The notes below the pieces were generated by a model. It saw only the letters and a program-made list of their open reading frames with translations, had not been told where the DNA came from and did no database searches. 64,000 nt of DNA from Phyllosticta citribraziliensis (Eukaryota). The position numbers were made by a program, and so were the translations under genes. This document shows, one piece after another, positions 23,633-35,316 of the stretch (position 1 is its first letter; each line of letters starts with the position of its first letter). The stretch is taken from assembly GCF_038025025.1 (NCBI RefSeq), contig NW_027117346.1, positions 1,736,001 to 1,800,000 on the forward strand. Reading direction: 5' to 3'.

Positions 23633-24825
23633 TTAACCACCGCCCATATCGCCGCCGCCGCCGCCACCCTGGAACATCTGTGCAAACGGACTCATTCCTC
23701 CTCCGCCGCCCTGCTGGTTTCCACGCAATCCACCCTTTGCCTTCTTCATTTGACCGCCGCCGCCTGTTCCGGTGCCTCCGCCGCCGCCGCCAGCGCCGCC
23801 AGAACCACCTGCGCTGGCGGGAAGACCAAGCTCTTGATCCGTGATACACTTGCCTCCCGCACCACTGCCACCGCCCTGGCCGCCGCCGCTGCCGGCGTAC
23901 TGCGACATGGCTTGCTGCTCGGCGCAGACAGGGCGTGCGTTGGGCACGCGGTTGCCGACGTTTTGCTTAAAGGCGCCCATCATGTTACCTGAGAGGAGTG
24001 TTAGCGACGATGATCTCGTCTAGATGTTGGGATGGCTTACCAGCAGGAGCATAGTCGCAGAACACGAGCGTCATCTGCCCGCAGTTCTTAACGCCGCAGC
24101 CAAGCGCATAAGTGCCCTTCCACAAAACTTGGGTGTAGTGGCCTTGCTGCATGTTGCCGCCTTGATAGTTGGTCTTGGATCCTTCCTCGTACCACATGGA
24201 CACAGTGCCAGCCGGGATATTGCCCGAAGCCGACTGCTCGGCAACGTTTTGGCCGTTGTCACTGCGCGCGTCATTAGCTATGCCTCATGATAGAAGGAAG
24301 GGAACATTGAACAAGCGCGGGCCAAACAGAATACGGGGCAAGGGGAAGTGAGTGGCCCGTGATGTCGTGGAATGAAAACAACAAGGTTGGACATACCCAG
24401 TCATCTGGTGCTGGAATTTGCACGTATTGGCTGCGGCCTGTGCCTGCTTGGCCAATGCAGGATCCCAAAGCAGCGAACATGCACCGTGGAATGTGCGGTG
24501 TGCGTTGTGGTAGGCCATGAACTGCTTGGCGACGGGGTCCTGGGGGTCTGGCGTCGCCGACCCAGAGGCTTTGCAGAACGGCGCAAACTTGAAGGTGCCT
24601 CCACCACCGCCGCCACCGCCGCCACCTCCGCCGCCTCCAGCAGCATCTTGCGATGTTGGTTGTTCGCCGCTGCCGGACATCCTATTGATCGTCGGTGATC
24701 AGCATTCTGGAGAGATTGACAGGTGGGGCGGAAATCTCAACATACGACTCATCCTGACGAGGAAGAATCACGCCGGCAAGGGCGGACGAGGAAAAGAGGG
24801 CGCTGAGAAGGAGTGTCGCCTTCAT
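23633..24825 (-). CDS. secreted CAP/SCP (PR-1-like) protein with Gly-rich linker and tail, multi-exon
   Basis: Signal peptide MKATLLLSALFSSSALA; YHNAHRTFHGACSLLWDPALAKQAQ..A..C.FQH, GQNVA, MWYEE, GHYTQVLWKGT..LGCG, VFCDYAPAGN. Confidence 0.88.
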
Positions 24826-27800
24826 GGTGGTTGAGTGGCCAAGATCAAGGAATCCGCTTTTTGTTTGAAAGAGTGTGATGTAGTCGTCAAGACTGACATT
24901 TGAGCAGCACTACAACCTGTGTAGTGAACAAGGGAATGACGGGTCGCAAAGGAATGACGATGCCGTGGACGAAAAATGTGGTGAGAGGAGATGTGGGAGT
25001 AGGAGAGGCAATAAAAGGCCATTATTTCTGATTGCTGGGTTCGGCCGCGGATGACCAGGGCGCCACAACAAGGGTGTGATTGACGTTGATGTTTCAAGCA
25101 CACGATGCCTAGACCGTGTCGGCGCAGTGCTATAGAGGCCTTGGGTCCAGTTCTGGCACGTTGCGGTCCACTATCACGCGGTCCAAGCATCCAAGCCGTC
25201 GCCGCAAAAGCAAAGCCGTCGCCTTGACGGCGTGCGGAGCTCGTGTTGGTCGAGACTTGACGAATACGGGGGCAGCTCGACGTGGAGTTGCGGGCTTTGG
25301 TGCGCCCTTCCCTGCGCGCCTTAGACCCAAGAGTAATCTTGCCGGCTTGAGGGCGCGGGGGCAGATGCAGAAGAGCCTCGGGCACCTTGCAGGGAGGCGG
25401 CGCAATTGGAGAGTCGGCAGCACGGCGTCCGACTTGGATGACGAGGGAGGGTCTCAGAAGGTCAGGGTTGCAGGCCTTGGTGCATTCTTCTGGAGCGTCG
25501 GCAGGTGAAGGTCGGTGTTTCGTCCCCGGGAGTGGTCGAGAGCTTGGCATCGTAAGGCTGAGAGCACGTCCAAAAGGCTTAGCGTCGTCGACTTAAGGTT
25601 GATGGCTAGACTTGTTTCCGCTTCGCGTGTTGATCGTCACGCCCTCATCTCCACTGCTTCACCACTCCCGCGACCTTCTTCTATGCTTGATAAAACCCTT
25701 TGCAGGTACTCAATGCTTCTTCGCACATCCATCCCAGCGAGCGCCGCCACTGCCTCATTCACTCCTCGTCCATTGTGGCACCGCTGTTACATCGACCCGG
25801 CGCTTCCTCGTCCGCGAGTCATCAAGGAAATTGGAGCCGATGCCGTCTCGCGCCTCCAACACCATCATCCATCGGAGCAGAGGCCGCGACAGCAGAGCGA
25901 GACGCTGTGTAAGACATCTGGACGACAAAACAAGACGATTAGAGACCCACTTTCAAGAGAAGCGGATTGCGGCTTCCAATCCTATTCGCCTATTCGACAG
26001 CAGCGCCGACGCCCAGCCGTGTGGTTATAGCTTGAAGCGCCTGAAGCTGCTCCATCAGGTAGTGGCCTAATTTCACAAGGTTTGACGGCGGCACCAATAG
26101 GCAGCTGTAGCGCTGAAGAATTCGAAAGAAATCCCTCTTCGATGTTGCAACGACGACGACGCCCGTTGCGTCATGCGACGCATGGCTTCATCGACTGCTC
26201 CAGTTGTCAAGAGTTCGGCGAGGAGCCGGCGGGGTCAAGTGGCGACTCTTTGCTAAGGCTATCCATGAAGCAAGGTCGAGTGGTTGGTTGATGGAGTTGA
26301 GTCCATGATTGGATGACCGGCTTTGGACTTTGTCATCTTTTGTCAGCTTCAGCGTCTCGCTGTGTTGACAAATTCACCAATGGAGGCAGCTCTAGCTTCC
26401 TGGTCTGCAAACTTTATTTCTCGAAGTCGGAGAATGGCGTTTACTTCCGGGGAATGGAAAACCTTGAACCTGAGGACAGCTTTAGGGATTGGCTGCAAAC
26501 GCTGCCAAAGCGGCAGCTTTTCCCGTGCTCTTGCTCCACTGGCCACGCTTCGTCTAAGCGTACATGCTTACCGAGATGTAGCTTTGGCAGGCGACTCGAC
26601 CGCACATTCGTCGACAAAGCAGGGTGTCTGAGCGATCGAATTTCGGCTTGGTGGTTCCGGTGGGCTGTTGGGGAATTGGTCGATGGCAACGCGGGAAACT
26701 TTTGCCCTTTCGCACAAGTTGTGTCCACGGCGACGCACTGTTGTGGAAAGATTACCAACAGAAACAGAAGGTACGTAATCAATTCCAGAAGAAAGTCTTC
26801 GGAAATCAACGTCTCAAAAGCACGTGGGTTTGATGAATAGGTGCGGTGGTGGGCTCGAGGAGCCTTCCTGGCTGTGGTATTATTCATAACACGGTTCTTT
26901 GGCCTCCACCTTCACGTAAGACCATAGCAGGTAGAAAACTCGGAACCCCGTCCGCTCTTCCATAGATAAGCTACCTTGCGGCCGATTAGTAGTTGCGTGG
27001 GTGACCAGCAGCGAATCCCGGCTGTTGTACGTTTTGCATTCTTTTTGCGTGCGATATGCAAGCGAGCGAGTGGATGGTGTTGTTTTTGGTGGGCCTTGCC
27101 AGGTCGGAGGCTGTACCGTGCGGGCAGCGGGACGAGACGGCGAGAGCCTCAATGCAGCGCGTGCCGCAGACAAGCTTTTCTCGTCCTGCGGAACATTTCT
27201 CCGCCCTGACCTCGAGATGACGAGGGAGATGAAGCTGAGCGATGTCGGTTTCGTTTTGCGAAGAGGCGGCAAGACGAAACGGTTGGGAAGATGGCGGTAG
27301 CTTTGGTCTCTTCCTGGAGCTTGATGGCTGGTGACGCCCTGTCTTCGATTGGTTATGGGGCACAAGATTGATTCAGGGCTCCGGGTGGTGCATTGCATCT
27401 GTAGGTCGTCAGCATCGTGCAGCCATTGACATGGTGTTGTTGTGAGAAAGCAGAAAGTCGACCGGTTGTTTGTGGTCTGGAAGCAGGGACCCCGCTCCCG
27501 ATGTCGCCGGCAGATGTCTGACCACCCTTTTTTTCACATCAAGTCCGCTCACCACTCACATCTCGCTCTCGGTTCCGATGGCTTTCTCCTCGGCCGCTGC
27601 CACAACCTGGCCGACGGGCCCGGCCGCCCGCTGATTGCTAGCGCTCCCATACAATCCTCGTCTCCAGGCCATTTGCGGCTCGCCCGCCGACTTCTGCAGT
27701 TCCGTGATAGGACAATTGCTCCCCCAAAGGTTGCTCCCGCCCGTACCTGGCTACTGATCGCTGCTGTCTGCGAGTGGAAGCCAGGGCTTATCAAAAGTCA

Positions 27801-27970
27801 ATGCAGCAGTTGCTAGCGGAGTAGCTCCACCCCACTTTGTCCATGCAGTGAAAAGGCAAACTCAACCGCCCCTCGAGGCATATAACCATAACGCCCAGCG
27901 CCGTGATCCCGCTGTCGACAACTCTCGAATCCCTCCCCAATCCAGTTCGGGCAGTCCATTAGCCGCCATC

Positions 27971-29437
27971 ATGTACTCGGCACTCAACGCCCTCGTCCTT
28001 GCCCTGCCGCTGACCGTCTCAGCCGAGACCGTCGTGGGCGTCTACATGTACCACCGCCATGGCGACCGCACGCCCAAGGCCCTCAAGCCGGCCAATCTGA
28101 CTGACCTTGGCTACCAGCAAGTCTATCAGAGCGGTGAATACTACCGGAGCCGCTATGTCGATTCCAGCGCAGATGTCAAAATCAACGGCCTGAGCAGCAA
28201 CATTGTCAAGCAGAGCCAGATTGACGTCTCGGCACCGTCGGATGATGTCTTGCAAAACTCGGCCATGGGCTTCTTGCAGGGCTTGTACCCGCCTGTTGGA
28301 AGCACGTCTGCCACCGAAACGCTGAGGAACGGCACAACCATCACCGCGCCCCTGAACGGTTACCAATTGATTCCCATTGGATCGACGAGCACTGGCGCGA
28401 GCAGCGAAGACAGCGCCTGGCTGCAATCCACCTCGGACTGCGGCAACTCCGAAGTCAGCTCCAACAACTACTTTGCATCGTCCGACTACACGAGCCTGCT
28501 CTCGAGCACCGAGGACTTTTACCAGGACCTGATGCCAGTCGTCAACGGCACCTTCGATTCCGACTATGTGACGTTCAAGAACGCCTATGTCGTCTGGGAC
28601 CTCGTCAACGTGGCCGAGATCCACAACTCGTCCATCAACTCGTCCGACCTGCTGACCAACGAGACGCTGTTCCAGCTGCGCACGCTGGCCGACAAGCACG
28701 AATGGGGCCTCGCGTACAACGAGTCCGACGACCTGCGCGCTATGGCCGGCATGCAGCTCGCAGGCCAGATTGTTTCGTACCTCAACAGCACCATTACGGG
28801 CAAGGGCGCTGGCAAGTTTGGCGTCCAATTCGGCGCCTACGCCACCTTCATGTCATTCTTCGGCCTTGCGCAGCTGCCCGCCGCCAACAGCGACTTCCGC
28901 GCGGTCGTCGACTACGCCTCTTCGATGGTCTTTGAGCTCTTCACGCCGTCCGACGACGTCAGCAGCAGCAACTTCCCCGGCTCCGATGACCTGTACGTGC
29001 GGTTCCTCTTCCACAACGGCACGGCGACCAATGCGTCCGAGCCCGTGGAGTACCCGCTCTTCGGCCGCTCCAACTCCACCATCTCCTGGTCCGACTTCCA
29101 GTCCGAGATGACCAAATTTGCCGTCTCGACTACGGAGCAGTGGTGCACCAAGTGCGGCAACACGACGGGCACCTGCGCCGCCTATGCCGATTCGTCCAGC
29201 TCCGGCTCTTCTGGCGCCAGCAGCAAGAGCAGCAGCGGCGGTGGCAGCGGCATTTCGACGGCCGTCAGCGGCGTCATTGGCGCGATGGTGACCCTCGCTG
29301 TCGTCCTCGGCCTCGAGGCCCTCATCATGCTCGTTGCTGGCTTGCGCCTCGTCCGCAAGCCCTCGACCAAGAGCGTCTCTGGTGGTGCCGGAGCTGCGGG
29401 CGCCGCCTCTGAGGGCGCTGAGAAGTCGGCTGCTTAA
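27971..29437 (+). CDS. membrane-anchored histidine acid phosphatase family protein
   Basis: Signal peptide from ATG 27971 (MYSALNALVLALPLTVSA); RHGDRTP active-site motif; Ser/Gly-rich stalk and C-terminal TM helix (GVIGAMVTLAVVLGLEALIMLV). Confidence 0.9.
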   Translation: MYSALNALVLALPLTVSAETVVGVYMYHRHGDRTPKALKPANLTDLGYQQVYQSGEYYRSRYVDSSADVKINGLSSNIVKQSQIDVSAPSDDVLQNSAMGFLQGLYPPVGSTSATETLRNGTTITAPLNGYQLIPIGSTSTGASSEDSAWLQSTSDCGNSEVSSNNYFASSDYTSLLSSTEDFYQDLMPVVNGTFDSDYVTFKNAYVVWDLVNVAEIHNSSINSSDLLTNETLFQLRTLADKHEWGLAYNESDDLRAMAGMQLAGQIVSYLNSTITGKGAGKFGVQFGAYATFMSFFGLAQLPAANSDFRAVVDYASSMVFELFTPSDDVSSSNFPGSDDLYVRFLFHNGTATNASEPVEYPLFGRSNSTISWSDFQSEMTKFAVSTTEQWCTKCGNTTGTCAAYADSSSSGSSGASSKSSSGGGSGISTAVSGVIGAMVTLAVVLGLEALIMLVAGLRLVRKPSTKSVSGGAGAAGAASEGAEKSAA

Positions 29438-32400
29438 ACGCGAGCGAATGCACAAGCTTGCGGGCGTAAGCATCGATAATGAACAGGAGCGGTGAGAAGC
29501 GCAGTGCAGAGCAGAGAACAAACCACGACACTCGCATCCATGGCGCATCCATGGATTAAGAATTTCTTTTTGCATTCGGAGGGCGAGACAGGAATTGGAA
29601 TCCAAGGCGAGTCAAAAGTGGGAACGCGAGATTTTCCCCGTCTACTCGATGCGCATTGTACGCATCGGCTTGACTGCTGTTTATATACCCTACCTACATA
29701 CACCGTTGGGGACATGTAGTAATGAGAGATGAGAATGACAAACTACACACGTGCAGAAATCTTTACGTACCGGATTCGGCAATTCTGCTCGTGTACTTGC
29801 TGTCAAGCGTCGCAAGGGCGGCGTTGAGATGAATGACCCTAGACCAGCTCCGGCCGTCGTTATGAACCAAACTTGCTGGAGTTTTTTCTTTGGTAGGATG
29901 GCAGCCAGCGACGAAAGAACGACGGCGTTCAACGGGTTGGGTTTTGTCGTCGTGGATGGCGGATCGATGGCAAGTAGGAGAGAGCAGAGGCAACGCAAAG
30001 GGAAGTCGAGGACAAGGGATGGCGAGATCTGCCAGCGGATTTAGATAAAGATGGTGGTCCGAGGAGGTTTGGCATTACCGCCTCACGAAGGGTCGTACTT
30101 CTTTTCTGCCGCTGCGAGAGACTTTTGTCAGACCTCGTGGTGTTTCCTTTCGAGCGGCTAGAAGAACCACTGGCGCAAGATAAAAGAGTTGTTCCCTGAG
30201 TCGTAGAGGGGTGTCATCCTTGGACGATTTGACAATGTCATGGCGTCCCATTTTGCTCCAGATATAGGTAAATGATTTGGTCAGATGCTGGGGTGTGTGC
30301 TGATGCTGTCAAGGGTGTGAGGGATGACGAGTTTTGAGTGTACTGGGCAGATACTCCACGAGGAAGCAAAAAAACGCAGATAGAAAGGAACCCTCGAATG
30401 GCTGTGTGCAAAAGGGAAAGGGCGATGAGTGCGTAGAAGTACAGGGAGTGGTGTTGCTGCGCACCTCAAACGCAAGCTGACGGGAGTCGACCGAGGCTCG
30501 CCTAAGTAGCCTGTTTGGGCGAGGCGTGTCTCCGGGCGCTCTCGCGGGCTCCGGTTCCATCACCAACGACGTCAACTCAGTATCATCACCATAGCTCCGA
30601 TTGACCCACGATTCTGTCCCAACCTCCTCAAGCGTGCTCGTGCATGCTCGCGAAAAGCCAGCCGCAACGCCGTTGTCAGCGCCCCCGAGAACTGCAGGCG
30701 TTGGCGCCCACGCTGCCGAGTGCTTTCCTGCTCTGCTCAGTCAACTGCCGATGTTGTCTGTAGTTGGGGCTGGCGCAACGTCTACCTATATCCATCCGTG
30801 TACCGGTATCCGGCCTCCGAAGGCGATACCCGAAGGCGATACTCGAAGAACGACCGCAGGAGACGCAGGCCTTTGGATAGGGACAACATGAATACAACAC
30901 GCCAGAAGGACTGCTGTGGACTTGACGGAATGGTAAAAGAGAGATCGAAGAAGACTTGTGCAATCCAAGCCGCGCGCCGGCAATCACACGAGTATCCGAC
31001 GATGACCTTGCAACTATTGGAACGAAATGTCGGCTGTGACAGCCTAAACGAAGCCGCGAGAGTAGATGTCATGTCGGATATATACAGCATTTTCCCGCGT
31101 GGTCTTCTCGTGAGCCACTTCCATCAGCGGATGACGATGTTGTGGATTTCCGTCAGGGGCAGTGCAGTCTAACGAAACTTCTTTCCGGAACATCCATGAC
31201 AATGAGCCGACGACGGTTCAATGAAGCTGAGATTGACATCTAGGGGTGGGATGTGGTGGAGAGGTCATTCCGGTTTGATCGTCTTTTTCCAAGATTTCTA
31301 GGAGCATCTGTCCAATGATAGGGCTCGTTGGTACTGACACTTGCAACACCTTCAGCCACGTTTCCCGAGAAACATGAAGGTGGATCTGACGATTTCCATC
31401 ATCCGCTAGAGTTGCGGGCAAGCATATCTGTCCGATCATCAACGGGAAGCTACGAGATGGAGCCAAAACAAGAGTTTGGATCATGTGCATGTCAACATCG
31501 ATCAAGTGGCATGCAAGGTGGCGGGTTTGATCCAACAGACATTCCTTCGTCCTTCATGGTTGGCCAGCGAGGACCTCAAGAGAGCATGTTTGCGAGCTGC
31601 CCACCTGTAGAGTTACGCTTAAGCAGTTAGCTTCTTCAGAGTGCGTCGCCGACGTGTTCCCAGGAGAATCGGTCCAGATTGGGTTTCGACGCAGCACATC
31701 ATACGACATGGAGTTAACATGCCTTTGTTGCTCATACTGCACTTCCTCCGTCGACAGCAATCTTTACGAGACGCTTGGTCTATTGAAACTTGGACTCGAC
31801 TACTTATGTACACAGTGGGTAAGCGCCAACTTTGCCGCAGCCGTACTGTATTTCACCCCCTCAACCTGCGCTTGCGCCATGTCGCGCCGTCTCGTAGCCT
31901 GCTGTGCCGTCTTGAGCGCTTTGACTACAAGGAACTAAGACTTCAAGAGTGTGGTGGACCATTGCCTGGTGTTTCGACGGTCAGATCACGAAGTCGACAT
32001 CAATGCAGCCATTTTCATCACCTTCATCCGTCATTACGCAATAACCAAGTTCGTGGCATCACACAGCTTGGCTGATTCATGTCGATAACTCGCTCGACGA
32101 TGCATCTATCGGATTCAAAGGTGGCTGACTGAATACGTCTAGCAATGATCCTAGACAAAGAAATTTAGAAGTTTGACTTTCCACGGGCGCAGTGGAAGTG
32201 GACCGCCACTGCGGCATGAGACCTTTCAGAGCCGAAAATACTTACGCTTGTTTTCGAGGTGTTCAAAATAGGTACAAGGAAGCCACAATCAACCAGACCG
32301 ACAAAGTGCCATCGGCAACTGAGCGCCAATGACCAGAGCGAGATCTCGAGGTGGCTTGTCGACATTCCAGAAACTTTACCCATCCAATCAGATACAAACT

Positions 32401-33571
32401 GCTCTCCTGAGCATCCTGGGTCTCCCGCGCAGCTCCGACCACCGATCCGTGATGCATGAACAGCAAACACGAAGCCAAGAGGCGTGCATCATGAGATTCT
32501 GGTGGTTGCTTTGATTGCGCCTCTCTGACCCGATCCGCGAAGAGAAGTACATGACTTGCATGAGGCAACATGCAACATCATCGTCATTGCAAGGGATGAG
32601 CGCTTTGCCGCCAGCAAAGTGCACCCCTTACAAGCTACTCTCGGCTGCAGTGATGCACGTTTGGTGGAGGTGCCTGGGTAAAAGACCCTGGGAAACGATG
32701 CACCTGACGACGGACCGAGTACCTAGTGTCGGGTTCTCGCAAGGTTTTGCGAACACGTCCAGAAAGGAGAACGCGGCAAGCCTGCGCGAAACAGCCAATG
32801 GGAATCTACGGGCTGCGACAAGATTAGTCGCTCAACAAGCGACTCCTGCTCTTTGCATGCAGGCTGAACAAAAACTGCCGTGCCGAGGGCGAAATATTGG
32901 GAAGTATTTACTTCTGTGGCTGCGCACCAAAGAGACAAAGGCGGACATATATTGACCGCAGTGGGCAACTGGAAAGTACCATCGCGGTGCGAAGTTCGGC
33001 CAAGAAGCAGTGGGATTGGTTTGTGAAGCCCAACCCTAGTCATACGAAGCACTAAACTCAAATTTGCAAGCGCTGCGAAGCTTGTGCGAGCAGTTGAGCC
33101 AGCGGACGCGCTCGCATGCCCGCAAAAAACGCCCCGCCGTCTGTGCTCCACTCTTGTTTTCTCGAATAACACAAGCATGCAATGACTGCCAGACCTTGCT
33201 CCCTGTGATCTGCTTATCTTGAGATTTTGAGTTGCCTGGTAATTTCACACGCCTTCAGGCACTATGCTCCGGTTGGTCGCGCAGGGTGCTGTTGACCGCC
33301 GCCACTAATGCCTAGCCCGATGCGGCAGTTTGCACTTGAGCCAAGATTGCGAACGGACCCTGGAGGCGTCTGTTGCACTTGAGTTTCTATTTTCGCCCTC
33401 ACTTTGTGATGGTTTGGAGATGATGCGATGGAGGTGCGTTTGTATATGAATTGCAAGACTCCTACTTTCTTTTTCTACACATCGTTACACATCATCTACA
33501 TCTATCCCGCTAAGCAGACTCCGACCCTTGTCAGTCTCTGTCCTCTGGTCTCTTGACAAACCTCTGCCACG

Positions 33572-34795
33572 ATGTTGTGGTCCGCCATCCTCACCGGCCT
33601 CGCGGCCTTTGTGTCCGTGACCAATGCGGTTACGGTCTTCACGGCGCCCGCTTTCTACAAGAAGCCAGGAGTCTCTTACGCTCGCGCCATTGTTCTGGAT
33701 GACGGCACCTTCCTCGTAACGAGCGAGAACTATGCTGGGGAACCTCCCTACATGTCCATCTTCGCGTCCACGAACGGGGGACGCGACTGGCAGGAGAGGT
33801 CGAGAGTGGAAGACACTACTCCCGACAAGTGGGGTCTCCGATACCATCCGACGCTCATTCAAATACCCGTTGCTCTCGGTCCATACCCCGCTGGTTCGAT
33901 CGTCTTCTCTGGAACTGCTGTACCCACCGATGGATCCAGGACGAAGCTGCACGTCTTTGTCTCGAAGGATAAAGCGAAATCGTAAGCGTTTTTGACTCCC
34001 AAATTCGAGGCTAGCTTTCTAACCCTCTTCAGTGGCACCTGGGAGTACGTTTCCACCATTGCCGAAGGTGGTGTTGCCCAGGAACAGAATACTGCAAGCC
34101 CAGTGTGGCATCCATTCTTCTTCTTCTACAATGGCAAACTTCTCTGCTACTTCTCCGACTCCCGCGACCCGGCCCACGGCAGCAAGATTGTCTTCTCAGA
34201 CACTGGCGACCTCAAGTCTTGGAGTGACCCGGTCAGGCAAGTGGCTTACGATGACAAGGAATTGCGTCCGACCATTGCCACTGTCACCCAGATTGGCGAC
34301 AAGCCTGGAACGAACGGAGGTCCATCGATCAATCAGTACCTCATGACGTACGAATATGGTGGTGCGAGGGAGACCCCATTTGCCGTGTATTACAAGATTT
34401 CCGAGGATCCCCGCAACTTCGATCCCGCTCCGGGCACTGTCCTCCGAGGACCCAAGGGCGAAGTCCCCTCTGGCGCACCTTACGCGGCCTTCGTCGGTGG
34501 TGGTGTGTCGCCCACCGATGGAACCATCATCATCAGTTCCAGCAACGAGTACGACCTGTACGTCAACCGCAAGGCCGATGCCTCTGGACCTTGGGAGACG
34601 CTCTACTCCGAAGCGCCGAAAGCCTACGCTCGCTGCGTCGTTCCTCTCAACGCCGAGCAGATTCTAGTCGTTGGCGCTGGTCCTCTCGATCCTGGAAACT
34701 TTGGCGAGCTCAACAGCATCATTGCCAACGTCGTGGACCTCAAACCCAAGACGCCTGGTGGCAAGACCAAGTCGGTCAAGCGCTGGATCGCATAG
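33572..34795 (+). CDS. secreted beta-propeller glycoside hydrolase (GH93 exo-arabinanase-like, BNR/Asp-box)
   Basis: Signal peptide; SYARAI.L.DGTFLVTSEN, IFASTNGGRDW and VSKDKAK(T)WEYVSTIAEGG Asp-boxes, VWHPFF, YFSDSRDPAHGSKI; intron about 33982-34032. Confidence 0.8.
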
Positions 34796-35316
34796 GGAAG
34801 GAATGGGGGAATCTGAGCATGTGTCATATCACAAATTTCCTTTTCCTTTCTGTGAGAATAATGGCAGGTCCTATTGAAAAGAGAGTTCAATCAACATTTA
34901 TTGACAACTAGTCGTTCGCATGAGATGTGTCACGCTCTGCAAGGTTGTGGGTTTGGACATGGTCATTTTGGGCACATTTCTCGTGACTCGGGGTACGCCG
35001 ATTAAGCGTTCAGGCCGTATCAAATATTTGACGAAGGCATTCAACACAACAGAGTCCAGTGCATGAATGCTTCTGAATCGCGACGTTGGTCGGCGGACTG
35101 TTTCAATGGAGAAAAAACACCGCGCTCCTGGCGACTGGCATAAGTGCGTGATCTGCATGCAAGACGTCGGCATCGGCTGAATCTTGACAGGTGTGGCTTC
35201 CATCTAAGGTTTGCCGCAATTTCTCACGACAAAAACAGCACCGGACACTTTCAGAACCGACCACAACCGACTCAAAAGAAAGTGAGCCTCAAGGAAGCTT
35301 ACCATGTATTTGACCT

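Noticed and set aside
24900..27800. Long ORF-poor region as a possible transposon relic
   Set aside because: No terminal repeats, transposase or RT motifs, or AT-rich RIP signature seen; likely regulatory DNA between divergent genes.
29500..33500. 4-kb region with short ORFs and a 13-bp duplication (CCGAAGGCGATAC x2, about 30817-30842)
   Set aside because: Only two repeat units without spacers, so not CRISPR-like; the ORFs lack recognisable motifs.
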